Source of the DNA: Massalongia carnosa
Taxonomy: Eukaryota
Length of the DNA stretch: 64,000 nt
Assembly (NCBI GenBank): GCA_965645245.1
Contig: OZ287082.1
Coordinates: forward strand, 1,488,001-1,552,000
Reading direction: 5' to 3'
Shown here: piece after piece, positions 20,994 to 33,465 of the stretch
Numbering within the stretch: the first letter of the stretch is position 1
Layout of the letters: each line of letters opens with the position of its first letter
Notes under the pieces: generated by a model
Databases searched by the model: none
Seen by the model: the letters and a program-made list of their open reading frames with translations, nothing else
What the model was told of the DNA's origin: nothing
Made by a program: the position numbers and the translations under genes

Positions 20994-23900
20994 TAGAAGT
21001 AAAAATCGAAAACGGAACAAAATTGATTCACATACACAACGTATACAATCCATCGCCCTTATCCACTTCCTCGATAACTAGCCCGTCTACCCTATCGACC
21101 GTATTACACCAACTACAAGACCCCGGAGAGCATATTCTTCTAGGAGACTTCAATCTCCATCACCCATACTGGGGTGGAGCAGGGGTACGAGGACAGCACG
21201 AGGCGTCCGAACAACTGCTGGATATTATAGAAAACAATAATCTCTCTCTCACACTTCCAAGAGGAACAATTACATGGGAAGCAAGAAACTCGACCAGCAC
21301 CATTGATCGGGTGTTCATGACAGAAGATTTAACGGAGAGATTGGAACACTGCACCACGGTCCCGGAGATGAATCAAGATTCCGATCACATACCGATTTCA
21401 ACGAGACTGTGGCTCTCCTGCGAACCCCTGACAAAGCTCCCACGAAAGGCCTGGAAACTTCTAAACATGGACAAGGTAAAAGAAATCGAGAAAAGAACCC
21501 CCGCACCACGCATGCCGCACAGCATCGAGGAAATCGATCAATATACCAAGGAAATCCAGGATTACCTCAAGGAAATGTAGATAAAGCAGTACCATGGGCC
21601 AGAGCAAGCCCGGAGGCGAAACCCTTTTGGAATAAGGAATGCGACGACGCAACAAGAGAGACTCGTAGGCTACGAAGAATCTGGACCGCGGAAAGAAACC
21701 TAGCGGATTGGAAAAACTACGTTAGAGCAAACGATAAGAAACAAAAAATTATCGGTTAAGCAAAAAATCTCTGCTTCAAACAGCAGATAGCCACAATCAA
21801 AACTTCCCAATCCGGACTCTTCCGTCTAGCAAAGTGGGGTAAAAACAAAAGTGACGCCCCCAGAGAAATCCCAAAAATGCCCCCTGGCCACAACCCAGGA
21901 CCCTGATACGATAGCCAATACCTTCGAAGAGAAAGCGAAAATGCTTAAGAAATCTTTCTTCCCCCCACCCCCGGACGCAGAGCTCAGCGACATCGTAGAA
22001 TACACGTACCCGCAAACCCCAGACTGCCCCATCCTGATCACGAAAGAAGAAGTGGCGGCAGCGCTTCGTAGGCCGAAACCAGACAAGGCACCCGGTCCGG
22101 ACGGGATCACAAATAGATCTGATCAAGTTGCTGACACCACTGTTCCAGGCCTGCGCAGAGCAGGGTTATCATCCTCGAGCGTTCAAAACCGCCAACACCA
22201 TCACGCTGAAGAAACCAGGAAAGATTAATTACGCGGATCCTAAGGCGTGGAGACCCATTGCGCTCCTAAAAACGCTTGGAAAAATGCTAGAATCCATTAT
22301 AGCAAGGAAAATAAGCTATTTAACGGAAAACTCAGATTAATTCCAGACACGCAAATGGGAGCAAGACCAGGCCGCGCAACGGACACAGCGCTCGAACTGC
22401 TCACGGAGCAGGTACACACGGTCTGGAATTAAGGGAAAGACAAAGTAGCATCGCTTCTTAGTATCGACGTCTCAGGCGCCATCGATACGGTTTCACATCG
22501 TAGGCTCATTCATAATCTGAGAAAGAGAAAAATTCCGGAATGGATCACGAAATGGACAGAAAGCTTCCTCAAGGAAAGAGAAACCACTCTCACGATCAAT
22601 CAACGAACAACCAACGCATTCCAGCTGAATATAGGAATTCCGCAAGGATCTCCTTTTTCTTCCTTCTATATCTCTTTTATAATGCAGACTTACTTGATAT
22701 TTGCAATAGACCAGGTACCAACGCAGCGGGCATGGGTTTCGTAGACGACGTAAATATACTGGCGTACGGAAAGTCCACCGAAGAGGATTGCAAAACGCTG
22801 GAAAAAATACACAACGACTGCGAACGATGGGCCGCTCGCCACGGCTCCGTATTCGCGCCACACAAATACGAGCTGATACACCTGGCAAAGAATCCAAAGA
22901 AACTCAACCTGGACGCATCCTTCGCGGTAAGAGGCAAAATCCTGAAGAGCAAGACTTCGATAAGAGTCCTAGGAGTATACATTGACACTAGACTCGATTG
23001 GGCAGCGCATTACAAGGGAATTCAGAAGAAAATGACGAGACAAACAATGGCACTGACCAAAATCGTAGCCTCAACCTGGGGGGACGACCCTCCTACGAGC
23101 CCGCCACGTGTACACAGCAGTGATACGCCATGTCGCACGGCTCGATAGCATGGCACATGCCAGCCGAAGCAAGAAAGAAAGCCAAAGTCGAATCAAGAAG
23201 CAAACTCGAAGTCATACAAAACAAGTGTTTACGAGTCATAGCCGGAGCGTACAAGGCTACCCCAATTGAAGTATTACAGGCAGAAACCCACATCCCTCCC
23301 TTAACGCAACATCTAGACCGCTTACAAGCAAAAATGAGATCCAGAATCTCGAACAACGAACAGGAAAAAATTATAAAGCAGGCGTGCAATAGAATTCAAG
23401 TGAAACTCAGAGGTAAAAGAGGTCAATCGCGAGTCGCAGAGAAAACACCGGGAACTCGTAAACGAGAATGGGTAACAAAGATGACGAAAGACGCACCGAA
23501 AACAGTTATACTGGATCAACCCTCTCCCCCTCCCTGGACAACGATCGACGAGGCATAGAAGAGACAACGCACAGCGCAAGTAACGACGCAGAACCAACGA
23601 GACGGGATAATAAAGAAGCACTTTGAGAATCAGTGGATCAACAAGTGGAAAGCATATCAAGCAAAACACACGTCATATCCCACGATCGCACAACAGGCGC
23701 CTATACACAGGAAAAGGCTTAACGCACACAAGTTACTAGACAAAGCGCAAAGCTCACTAGCAACACAGATAAGAACGGAAAAAATCGGACTGGCCAACTT
23801 TCTATATCGGCGTAAGGTCCCAGGTGTGAACTCGGCGGCATGTCCCTGCGGAAGCCTCTTACAAACAGCCAAACATGTAATCATGTTCTGCAGACTGCAC

Positions 23901-24270
23901 GAACACAGAACGCACATGCTACGAACGGCAGGCTCGTCAGACTACCGCAAGCTAATCACCGAACCCAAAGCTCTCAAAGTAGTAACCGCGTGGCTCATGC
24001 GCACAGGTATTTTAACACAGTATTCCATTGCCACGCAACTGCTTGAACAGCAGCCGGGCAGTCTCTCTTCAGTGTGAAAAACAGGTATCGCAGATTTTCG
24101 AGATACAGGAATCAATCTGCGGGAGCGGCGAACCCCCGATGAAGCGGATAGGCAGGAGTAGTTTTTCACCTTTGGGTTTTCTACTTATTACATAGCTTAT
24201 ATAGCATCTCCCGCATGGGCCGGCCTTCGGCCGGTGACACAACGGCGTAAGAATAATCAAATCAAATCCA
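20994..24270 (+). mobile_element. Tad1-like LINE (LINE-B), 5'-truncated, ORF2 pseudogene with intact 3' end
   Basis: Endonuclease (LLGDFN), RT (FVDD) and C-terminal CPCG fragments in several frames; 3' hairpin at 24210-24236 and short AAATC tail. Confidence 0.92.
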
Positions 24271-24975
24271 AATATTGGCTCGACGTCTCAAATGAAAAAC
24301 TTTTATCGTGTTCGCAAATCGAATACTTCTTCAAGACTCTATTCAGTTATTATTCAAAGCGAATCTAATCTAGAAGAAGAGAAAGAAAAAGAAAAAAGGA
24401 TTACTTATAATAACGTTTTCAAACGTGTGTTCATCGAGGCTCAGGTCGAACCATATCGCATAAAAGAAAAAAAGAGAGCAAAAATTACTCGTTTGAAAAA
24501 AGTTGCAATTGAGACTAGAAAAATAAATGCTGTTGAAAAAAAGAAGACTGCTTAAAAGAAAAGTAGGAAAATCCAACGATTGAATGCTCAGACTAAATGG
24601 AAAGAAAAGAGAATATAATGCAGACTAAAGGTGAACGTGAACGAGTGAAAAAAACTATGCTGAAGTAGAAGAGAAAGAGATTCAAGATGTTTAATCAAGA
24701 ATCATCGATAATAAGACGGGATAATTTGTTAACAAATGCTTCATTTATTTCCCAAAGTCAGAAAAAGTTTAGCTGAAATTTCATTCAAAAACAATAAATT
24801 TTATATAAGATTTCGTTCCTCTCCTAAGATCAGTTTTTGAAAGCATCTTCGAGTTTCAACGCGTCTTATTTTATCAGGTCTATGATAAGAGAGAGAAGTC
24901 CTGACTTATAAAGATATAAATTTTGAGAGTTGAAGTTCGACGATGAGGTTTTTCGAATGATAATGAAAGAGGATA

Positions 24976-25123
24976 CGCCGCGCAACGGGTCGGGTTTCTC
25001 TACTGAAAACAAAACTCGTTTGTGGCGAACCCTATGATTTTTAGTGTCCGGGTTGAGTTTTGAAAGAAAAATCCAGCGGCGAAAGAGCAATTTTTTGGCG
25101 AAAACCCAACCCGCTACGCGGCG
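24976..25123. mobile_element. MITE (about 150 bp), copy 1
   Basis: Imperfect TIRs of about 23 bp (CGCCGCGCAACGGGTCGGGTTT / AAACCCAACCCGCTACGCGGCG) flanked by TA; homologous copy at 43223-43372. Confidence 0.8.
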
Positions 25124-26471
25124 TAGAAGAGGAATAAAGAATGTAATTACTCTCCTGTGATGATCAGACTATTTTCGAGCGACGAGGCAATTCAGATTTA
25201 TTTAATTCATCGTTATTGTAGCTGTTATTGATGATGATGATGAGGATATTTAGATATTCTAGTGACTAAAGTAGTGATTAGTGACGAACTAGTGGTAGGT
25301 TACGTTAATCGCAAAAGAGTAAGAAAATAAAATACAATACAAGAAAGTTTCAAACCACATTTTGATCTTTCTGTGCAGCATGCCACTCACTTTTTTCCAC
25401 ATTCACTCAATGCCAGCCGCCTTATGCCTTGCCTCGTTGCCGTCTAACGTTAATGTCTGGTCTTACTGCGCAGCGTGCCTCTTTGCAACGGTCGATCTTT
25501 CTAATTTGAAAGGCTTCGCTGACGTGCATAACCGAGCGCAATCCATCATCTCGATTCGTCAGCCTTTGAAGCTGTAACGTTACAGTGTCGACAGCCAACC
25601 TCATTTGTGCTGTCAATTGCCTGAAGGAGGCAATGCACTGCGATAGCTCCCACGCTTCACCGTAGACCTGCCTGAAGCTGAATGATTCGATTTGATTGAT
25701 CTCCGAGAACGTTGAGGCCCGCGAAGATTTAAATAACTGTCATGTCGATACGTCCATACTTTGTTTGTCTCTGTCACGTCGTCCGTCATCCTACCTGATC
25801 ATGCATCCTTTCGACATATCGAGCTTTCCGCCTCCCAACAGCGAAAAGGCACGATTCGTTCCCGGGCGCAGGAACGGTAGTTGGCCGCTCATCACCCGTG
25901 TTTCCGCCACTTTGGTCGCGGTGCTAGTTCTTGCGAGGACGCTGGATCGGAGTAATTTGGGTAGCACGCTTTTGTGTTGGGTTGACTGTAACATCCTGAC
26001 TTGTGCACGAACGCTAACATAGGCAGATGTGGTGATTTGCGCCTTGGTATGTTCTTCATGTTCGGTCAATATTCATCACGATTAATTGTCATTGTGTTTG
26101 CTATAGATATGGCTGTGGTATATTCATAGGTATCGGTCATCGATTATTAGTTTCATCTGAAAAGTTTACTGAGTACATTACTGTAATTCTTTTGAGGAGC
26201 AAGGGATTCGAGATATACAATGCGGACTGAACTTTAATAGTTGCTACATGCTTTAAGCATAGAACTCAAGTTTGAATAAACTCTTCTCATGACAAGAGCT
26301 GTTACATATGCAGTTTCTTTAACAACACTTCAGAACTGTCTTTCCCTTATCTAGCGTATGACACAGTGTAATTCGAAAATCCAACTGTTCGGGAGAATGG
26401 CCGGTCAGTCATGTTGTTCATTAAGAAAAGCAAATTAGTACACATCTTTGAGTGACTAGCTGAAGTTTTAC

Positions 26472-29100
26472 TTTAAGTATCTACTTGGGCTTTCATGATA
26501 TCCATGCCTTGTTCTCTCCCAGCAGTCGATTCTAATCCTTTTTCCGTATCTTCGGAATCCGCGTCTTCTGCTGCTTGCTTTCGTGCGCTGGCAATATTCT
26601 TGACATTCAATCAATCCATTTCCAGAGTAAACGTGAGTGCGATGCAAAGTATAGCCAGGGACAACATCATCATTCGACTGATAGTCAAGGTCCAGATGGA
26701 GCGTAAGTGGTTCAAAATGGTAGGCGACGACGCTACTCTGGGTAAATTGGTTGCTCCCGCAGCGATCACAATGGCAGGAGAGATCCCTGGAGCCAGCCTT
26801 CGGAGACAATGATTGTGCTGATGGTAATAGTTTGCTCGACTGCGATGGAAACAGCTCTGAATGAAGAGTGAGTCGAGCCGTTGCTTTCAAAACTAGGGGA
26901 ATGGACACTTCGTACCCGCCAAGCTGCCAGACAAAAATTGAGATAGCTGGTAGAGTCAATATGCTGTCAGTCGATGAGAAACCCAACTTACCATTGCCTG
27001 TCGGAATATCATCCTCTCTGTGAACGATGTTAGCTTTGAAATAACAGAGAGATTCGTTGCGACTTACGATAAAACGACTTGAACGGCTGTGTAAGGCAGC
27101 TGCATGAAAATTCCCATCCCTAAGCCGATGATCACTAAGAATGATGCACAAGCAAGAGTAGACGTCGTCGATTCTAGACGATTGAGTAGAGCCGTTCCAA
27201 CTATGCAGACCACTTCTCCAAAAACCATATTCGGCATTTATAAATGCTTGTCAACGCCAAACGTGTCTCATCGGGACTTGAACCGGACGTTTACATAAGA
27301 GCCCCATCGAGTCACGCACGCTCCTTTGATTATTGTTGAACAAAAAATCAACTAAGCATACGGCAGCGGGATGTAGGAGAAGAAGGTCTAGGGCTATCAA
27401 GGATAGGCAAAGAGAAGTGCTTGGCAAACGTGATGCAGGTACTCCGTATTTCCAGTGAAGATACTCCAAATTTAGCTATCTGCTGAACTGAATTCTGAAC
27501 GACTGAATAGCTAAATTACATGAGGAATCATCGTCTCTTTATACTGCTTGAGGGCCTCCATCTCGGCCTATATCAAATGCATGAACCTGCTTCCTTTGAA
27601 CCTTTTCAGCCGGGCAAAATACACCTTATTGCTGACCGGAGAAACCGAGACACTCAGTGATCATGAACAGCTGAATTGCCTCCGAAATGTAGCATTTTTG
27701 CTGCATACCTTTGCCTCCTCGTAGTTGCCGAAGTCGTGCCGATATCTGAAGCTTTTCGCATATAGCATATGATTGCCTAATCTGGAAATTAGTAAGCAGG
27801 AGGCAAAAGAACCTCGGTCGCAAATATTCAGCTATCTCGGCAAATTCCAATAATTATCAAGGCTATCATTTGGGCGACAAAAAGCAGAATGAACCGCACC
27901 CCGCTTACGATAGGGTCAACACCCTGTACAGCTTGAAACCAGAATGATATATTGAACAAGTTCTGCATCACTGTTTGGCAATTCCGTGCGCATCAAAGAA
28001 GTAAGATTCAATAATCACCTTAGTTGATGCGCTCAAAAAGAAAAGAATCACGGATTCATTAAGAATGGAGCGTTGCCGAAGCACGCGAAGAGGTATTGTA
28101 GTCTTTTCATTTCATCAAGCTTTCACTGAATGAGACAAAGGCACACGAAAGTCAATCGGACCTCACAAGAAGATCGATGACGATCGAAGAATTTCATGGC
28201 TTAGATTGCCCGCCTCATTGTAACGCAGGAAGTATACAACAAATGGCGGCGATAAACATCAGGCATTCTAATGAGTCTGTATGTTTCAACTTTTCCTTGA
28301 TTGACAGTCTTCTGTTTTCATTTTTCGTGCCTTTGATTCTCAGAAAGAAAAACATCAACATCAACATCACCGCATCAATAGCGACGTTTGTGTAGCTATC
28401 ATTAATCCCTGTGCAATCGACCGTAGGATATTTTTATTGACGCACATTTAAAAGCATCATCTTCATGTGATATGTGTTGTCAAGGCACCGCGGATAATCG
28501 GCCCTATGAAGATTGATATGGCGAATACACTGATCACTATTTCCATATATAGAGGCCTCTTCTCTAAAACTACGGCGTAGTCAATGATACTTAGGGAACC
28601 CTGAAGAAGACCCGCTGCTCCAATGCTAGCAACAGCTCGATCAACAATCAACATTCGAGAATCGGCAGCTGCGGCAGAAATGATCGAGTCAACTAAGGAG
28701 CAACAGGTTCAGTAATGGATAACTTCTTGGCTGTGAGGGTTATCAACTTTCAAAACATAACAATGTACATGAGGTACATGCGGTATGTGACAACGTCCAA
28801 AGTTACATCGTATCCCCTTCACCGATCGTCGTACTCGTGTATGTATTTTTAAATTACGATTGTTTCTTGTATCGAAACTGCCATCGTTGATGGTGGTTTC
28901 GAAGGCCAATAGAAAAAAACATGTCGAGCCGTAATGATCTACGGAAGCATTTACTCCAAGTAGATAAGGCCATCGAACTTACTAGTTAAGCGGGCCACAT
29001 TGCTACATTTGACCGGACGTATGATAGAAAAAAGGCATCTAGATGTATCAGTTACGTTGCCTTGTAGGAAACCATGCTATTAGTTTTGCAATAATTGCTG
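26472..29100 (-). pseudogene. MFS efflux transporter (14-TMS DHA2-like) pseudogene
   Basis: LIVDRAVASIGAAGLLQG...KRPLY...IGPII..ALTTHIT*R*CF* matches the GRAVAGIG...WRWCFW region of fungal DHA2 transporters; C-terminal GLGMG...AVQ...DIPTGN. Multiple stops; 5' end approximate. Confidence 0.85.
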
Positions 29101-31284
29101 TGCATATGTATGGTTTAACCGAGCGAAGATCTGTAGGACAATCATTTTTATGATGCTTTGATCAGTCATCAGCTTAATCAGGTGAGGCTGAGTCACTGTA
29201 ACAGTCGAAGCGGCCTGTAAATTAACACGCAAGACGTGCCTTGAAATATGACTGGTAGATAGGTTTGTATGTGTGCAACTCTATATCTGCAGTCGTTTGA
29301 TGCATCCACGAGGCTGAAACGAGATCCCTAATGTCGTGTACCTAAAGAACCGTCACTTGCGGCATCACAGTTGTACAACCTACGACCTGTAATCTCTGAG
29401 CGTCACTTCCTGAGCTTGGCTATCTTGAGGCTACCAGGCTCGAGAACTACTCTCGGCTGATAAATTGTAATAGTGAGATAGCTTTCTCGTTACTGCATCA
29501 GCCTTGTTCAGCCCGCTTCAGTTCTGGCGACACAAACCAACTTGAATGGCAGAGGGTCGATTCCTCTGTGGTCCACATTTACAAATTTCTCCACGTGACA
29601 TGACCTAGGTATTACGCCTTACAGTTCTAGCACGACTATCAAAAACGAACACATCTTACAAGTTTATCGCTAATTCAATGAAGCGCCTGATGTTGGCGGA
29701 TACGTCAAGCTCCGCTGGTGCTATAGTTTCATTCATGATGCCTTGCTATAGGAAGAAAAGTGCTCAGAGGATTACCTATCTCAGGGACCTGCTTTCGATA
29801 ACTTTGCTGAAGCGAAAAGAACAACTTGCGTCACAGGTAGACTCATATATTCCTAGGACTTGCAACAAGCCCTTTCCGCTTTAGTGCTAGAAAGGTTCTC
29901 TACCTTACATTAAAATCGAAAATAGGGCGCTCACTATGATATCCCAATCTTGACATATCTTCTCTTAATCCGTTGCAGAATGCTCTACAACCTAATTCGA
30001 CGAGTATGGGATGAATTGTCGGCGCAATGGGAGAAGACTTTGGATTTTCCGGCTACATGCTTGCTCGGACTTGTGATGCTAAGCTTTATTTGGCTCCTAT
30101 GGCGACTCTGAAGCTTTACAAGTCTTCCGTCCTTCCGTCGAAGTGAACTTAAAGAACTGCCTTACTCGATACCATGTAAAGCGAGATCTATACCTTTCTA
30201 TTTTCCTGAGCTGACTCTGCTTCTGATGTAGACTTCGGTGAAAGAATATTCTTATATAAATCAAACTTTGAATCTAATAAACGAGCTAGGTCATGTCGGA
30301 AGTTTATTCAAAGACTTTCATAAGCTGGTGAGAAATGGCGTGTAAGTCATTTCATCTCGTCTGAAGATCTCGCACTAGAAGTGATACAAGCAGTCCTAAA
30401 GATTTTTGTTCAGAAAACACATCGGGGGAACCAAGGAGCCGTTTGCGATTATGGTCGCCGGAACTAAATACTATGTCATCATATCTCCGTTCGATGCCAG
30501 CGAATTCTATATCAATGTGTCGACCTTGTCTTGAGATGAATTCCTCAATGGAATTTTAATTGGCTTCGATGTCAACGCCTCCATGCTGAATGTTCTCTGG
30601 ACAAATCCTCTGGCACCTTCCGCCATAAATCCTGCTGCCAAATTTCTTATCCACTTGACTCAAGATCTTTACAAGCAGAATCTACTCCCCTGACCAACTT
30701 TCGGCAATTTGGTGGGAAAATTCGAGTCTGCTCTAAGGAAGCTAATGACCTAGGAACAAGTAGTGTCCCGCTGCGGGCTGCGTAGTGATTCAAAAACGAG
30801 AAAGGTCTCATTTTTTGAATTGTGCTCGATTATCATGATTGATGCTACTCAAATGATTCTGTTTGGCAACATAATTTTCAATATTGACCCTACCATGACT
30901 TCAAATATGCGGACATTCACTGATAAATTTTGGAAATTGATGTATTCATCTCGATATCTTGTTTCTAAGAACGTGACCGCCTTCAGAGAGCAGTACACAA
31001 AGACGTTCTTGATTTACCAACGTCTTCCGAAAGAGTTGCGGAAAGGAGAGTCGTGGGTTGTTTCAACTCTTATCGATCAATACAAATCGCTGGGCACAAC
31101 GAACACGATAGTGCTGCAATCTTAGTGATGATTTATTGGACGTAAGTACAATAACTCCTCGTATTTGACATTGACGCTAAATCATTTTTGTTGATGTTAG
31201 CCTGTGTTAGTCTAACTAGATTGTGGTCAGGCAGTTAATGACTGCGATTACCCAACTAGGCTAGTTTTCATTTTAGGAGTTCAG

Positions 31285-33465
31285 GTAATTCGCGGGCTCC
31301 ATCGTGTCGTCAGAAACATCATATAATTACTATCTATGTTTGGGCAACTCCCCCTCGCTGCTGCCATGCTGGCGCTCAGTTTTGCTGAGGGCCCCGCCTA
31401 TAATGGCTTTATTATGTCAGCGGTGAGGGGAAAACTCCATCTACCTATGCGGCTGAATCAAGGAGTGGGTAGGTGGGCAAAAGACCTTTTGGTGCTGAAC
31501 TCCGAATCAATGGTGATGATGAGGAGAAGAGTGCCCAAAGGCCACCTCTTTGTGCTTTTTTCTCCCGTCGAACATCCGACCTTCGGCCTTCGTCGGCTAA
31601 CGTATTAGCTACCCATTCGGGCCAGCCACCCAATCGGGCCACCCTATCAAAAATATCCTGGCCAACTATCCCTCCACCAAAAGGAAAACAACATCACCAC
31701 GATGCTTCTACCATCCCCAAAATTAACTAAAAATATCACTATCCATACGCATTTCTTTCCAGACGGCCTTTGCGAACTTCACTTTACCATTTAAAGCATG
31801 ATATCGCTCCTTTTCTCTGGCTAATGCCTCCTCTTTTTGCTGTTTCTCTTCGATCTTAGCCAGGCCCTCAGCCATAGTTAGCACCGTCGCTTTATCACAC
31901 CTCTTTCTAAACGCCTTTTGGCGCCGCTGAGCCTGTTTTTCAACTAGTTCCTGATTGATATGCCGTAGGATAACTCTATCAGCCACGGCGTTCAATGCGA
32001 TTGTTTGAAGCAATTCAACATGCGCGTGGAGAGATGGAGTTACACGGGTTAACAAAGCATCGCTAGCTACCTGAATGCGTTTGTTCATTGTGGGGATAGT
32101 GGTGACGATGTTGCGAGGTGAAGGAATGATAGATCTAGGCAATTTGCCTAAAACATGCTCGGGATTGTATGGAATAAGTCCTGCCCCCCGCCATGCATTC
32201 ATGATATTGATGAACGTCATAGCTTGCTCTCTAGCCTCCTGAATAAGGTGTAGGAACTCCAATTTCGAGTCATTTACGGCCCCGTAACGAGACCGCGCAG
32301 AAACAAGCGTCTTATAAGCCTTAAATAGCGGGCCACAAACACCCACATCTAATGGCTGCAATAGATGAGTAGAATGAGGTGGCAAAAAGAGCTATGATCT
32401 TCTCCTGGTCGCAGAACTTAATAAGTTCATGGATATAAGAATTTCATGACTATCCACAATCAACATTCAATAAATCCCCTGTGTGCGTTTTGTCTGCGGA
32501 TGGAAGACATGTTCTAATCAATGAAAACCTATCTCTGCATCCGTCCAACCATTAGGGCTGACTTGCAGAGTATTCAAAGGATCAGCAATGACCTCTAACA
32601 ATCTTTTTGAACCTGACTACCCTGGAAAATGATATAGGCAGGGAGAACTGTTCCGCGAGAGGATATGCATTCGATTAAAGAAATCCAGTCCCTATTCCCT
32701 GGATGCACATTGGATGGGATTGTTTCCATCTTGACTATCACTTTAGAACTATCCGCAATGCCCATGGCAAAATACTTTTCATCTATATTGTAAATATCTT
32801 CATCTGCGACTCCATACTTTGCTCGAGTGGTCATGTACAGTTCAAACCATTCCTTCAGGATTTTGGGATGACTTGCGTCTTTTCTGGATTGATCCAAGTT
32901 TCTTTTAAGTTTAGTTCCGAATTGGGGATATCTATTCATGAAATTGTTATACCAATGATGTCCTAGGGGTTTTGAGTCCCCTTTTGCTTCCAGCAGACTT
33001 TTGGTCATGCCCTCAAGGTGTTGAATACTAGGTGGCCCACCCCATGCAGTCATCCGATCTATCCACGTGATGAAGCCCTATTCTTTTTCTACTGATAGTC
33101 TTTGAGTGGCCTCATGAGAGGTTTTTGCGTCCCGTCTGCCTCGAAGACGGGCCTGTAAGGTCGATCGGGGAACTCCGTAAATACGCGCTATCTCCCGCTG
33201 CGGAATGCCCGGGTTTTTGCGTATTTTTTCAATAGCCAACTGTAATCTAGTAGCAGAGTCATGTACGGGTATGTTTTTAGGCATTTATGTATAGTTTATC
33301 GATAAAGAAGTGCTGGTGGTGGATTGAAAGGAAAAGATTAATATTCAGCTACTAGATTTCGAGGGGTGGCCCGATTGGGTGGCTGGCCCGAAAGGGTGGC
33401 TAAGACGATATCCGTGGCCTGCCTCCACTCGGTCCCGGCATTACCTTTCGCCCGAGCCGAATTAC
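31285..33465 (-). mobile_element. Short (about 370 bp) non-coding DIRS/Ngaro derivative joining the left and right terminal sequences, split by a pogo insertion
   Basis: Reverse complement matches 43427-43593 (left end) and 51525-51636 plus 61845-61884 (right end); GTAATTCG / CGAATTAC termini. Confidence 0.85.
31600..33408 (-). mobile_element. pogo/Fot1-type DNA transposon, defective
   Basis: TIRs of about 45 bp, TA TSD, and transposase fragments 33284-31723 (HTH, NIDEK, HLLQPLDVG) with stops. Confidence 0.93.

Noticed and set aside
24210..24236. HDV-like ribozyme (GGCCGGC start)
   Set aside because: Only a simple hairpin is visible; no nested double pseudoknot.
24292..24555. K/E-rich ORF as a host gene
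   Set aside because: Lies in AT-rich decayed DNA with stops downstream; more likely a transposase relic, but not assignable.
31490..31545. Hammerhead ribozyme in the YR-element terminus (TGATGAG)
   Set aside because: The CUGANGA...GAAA core with three stems could not be assembled by eye.
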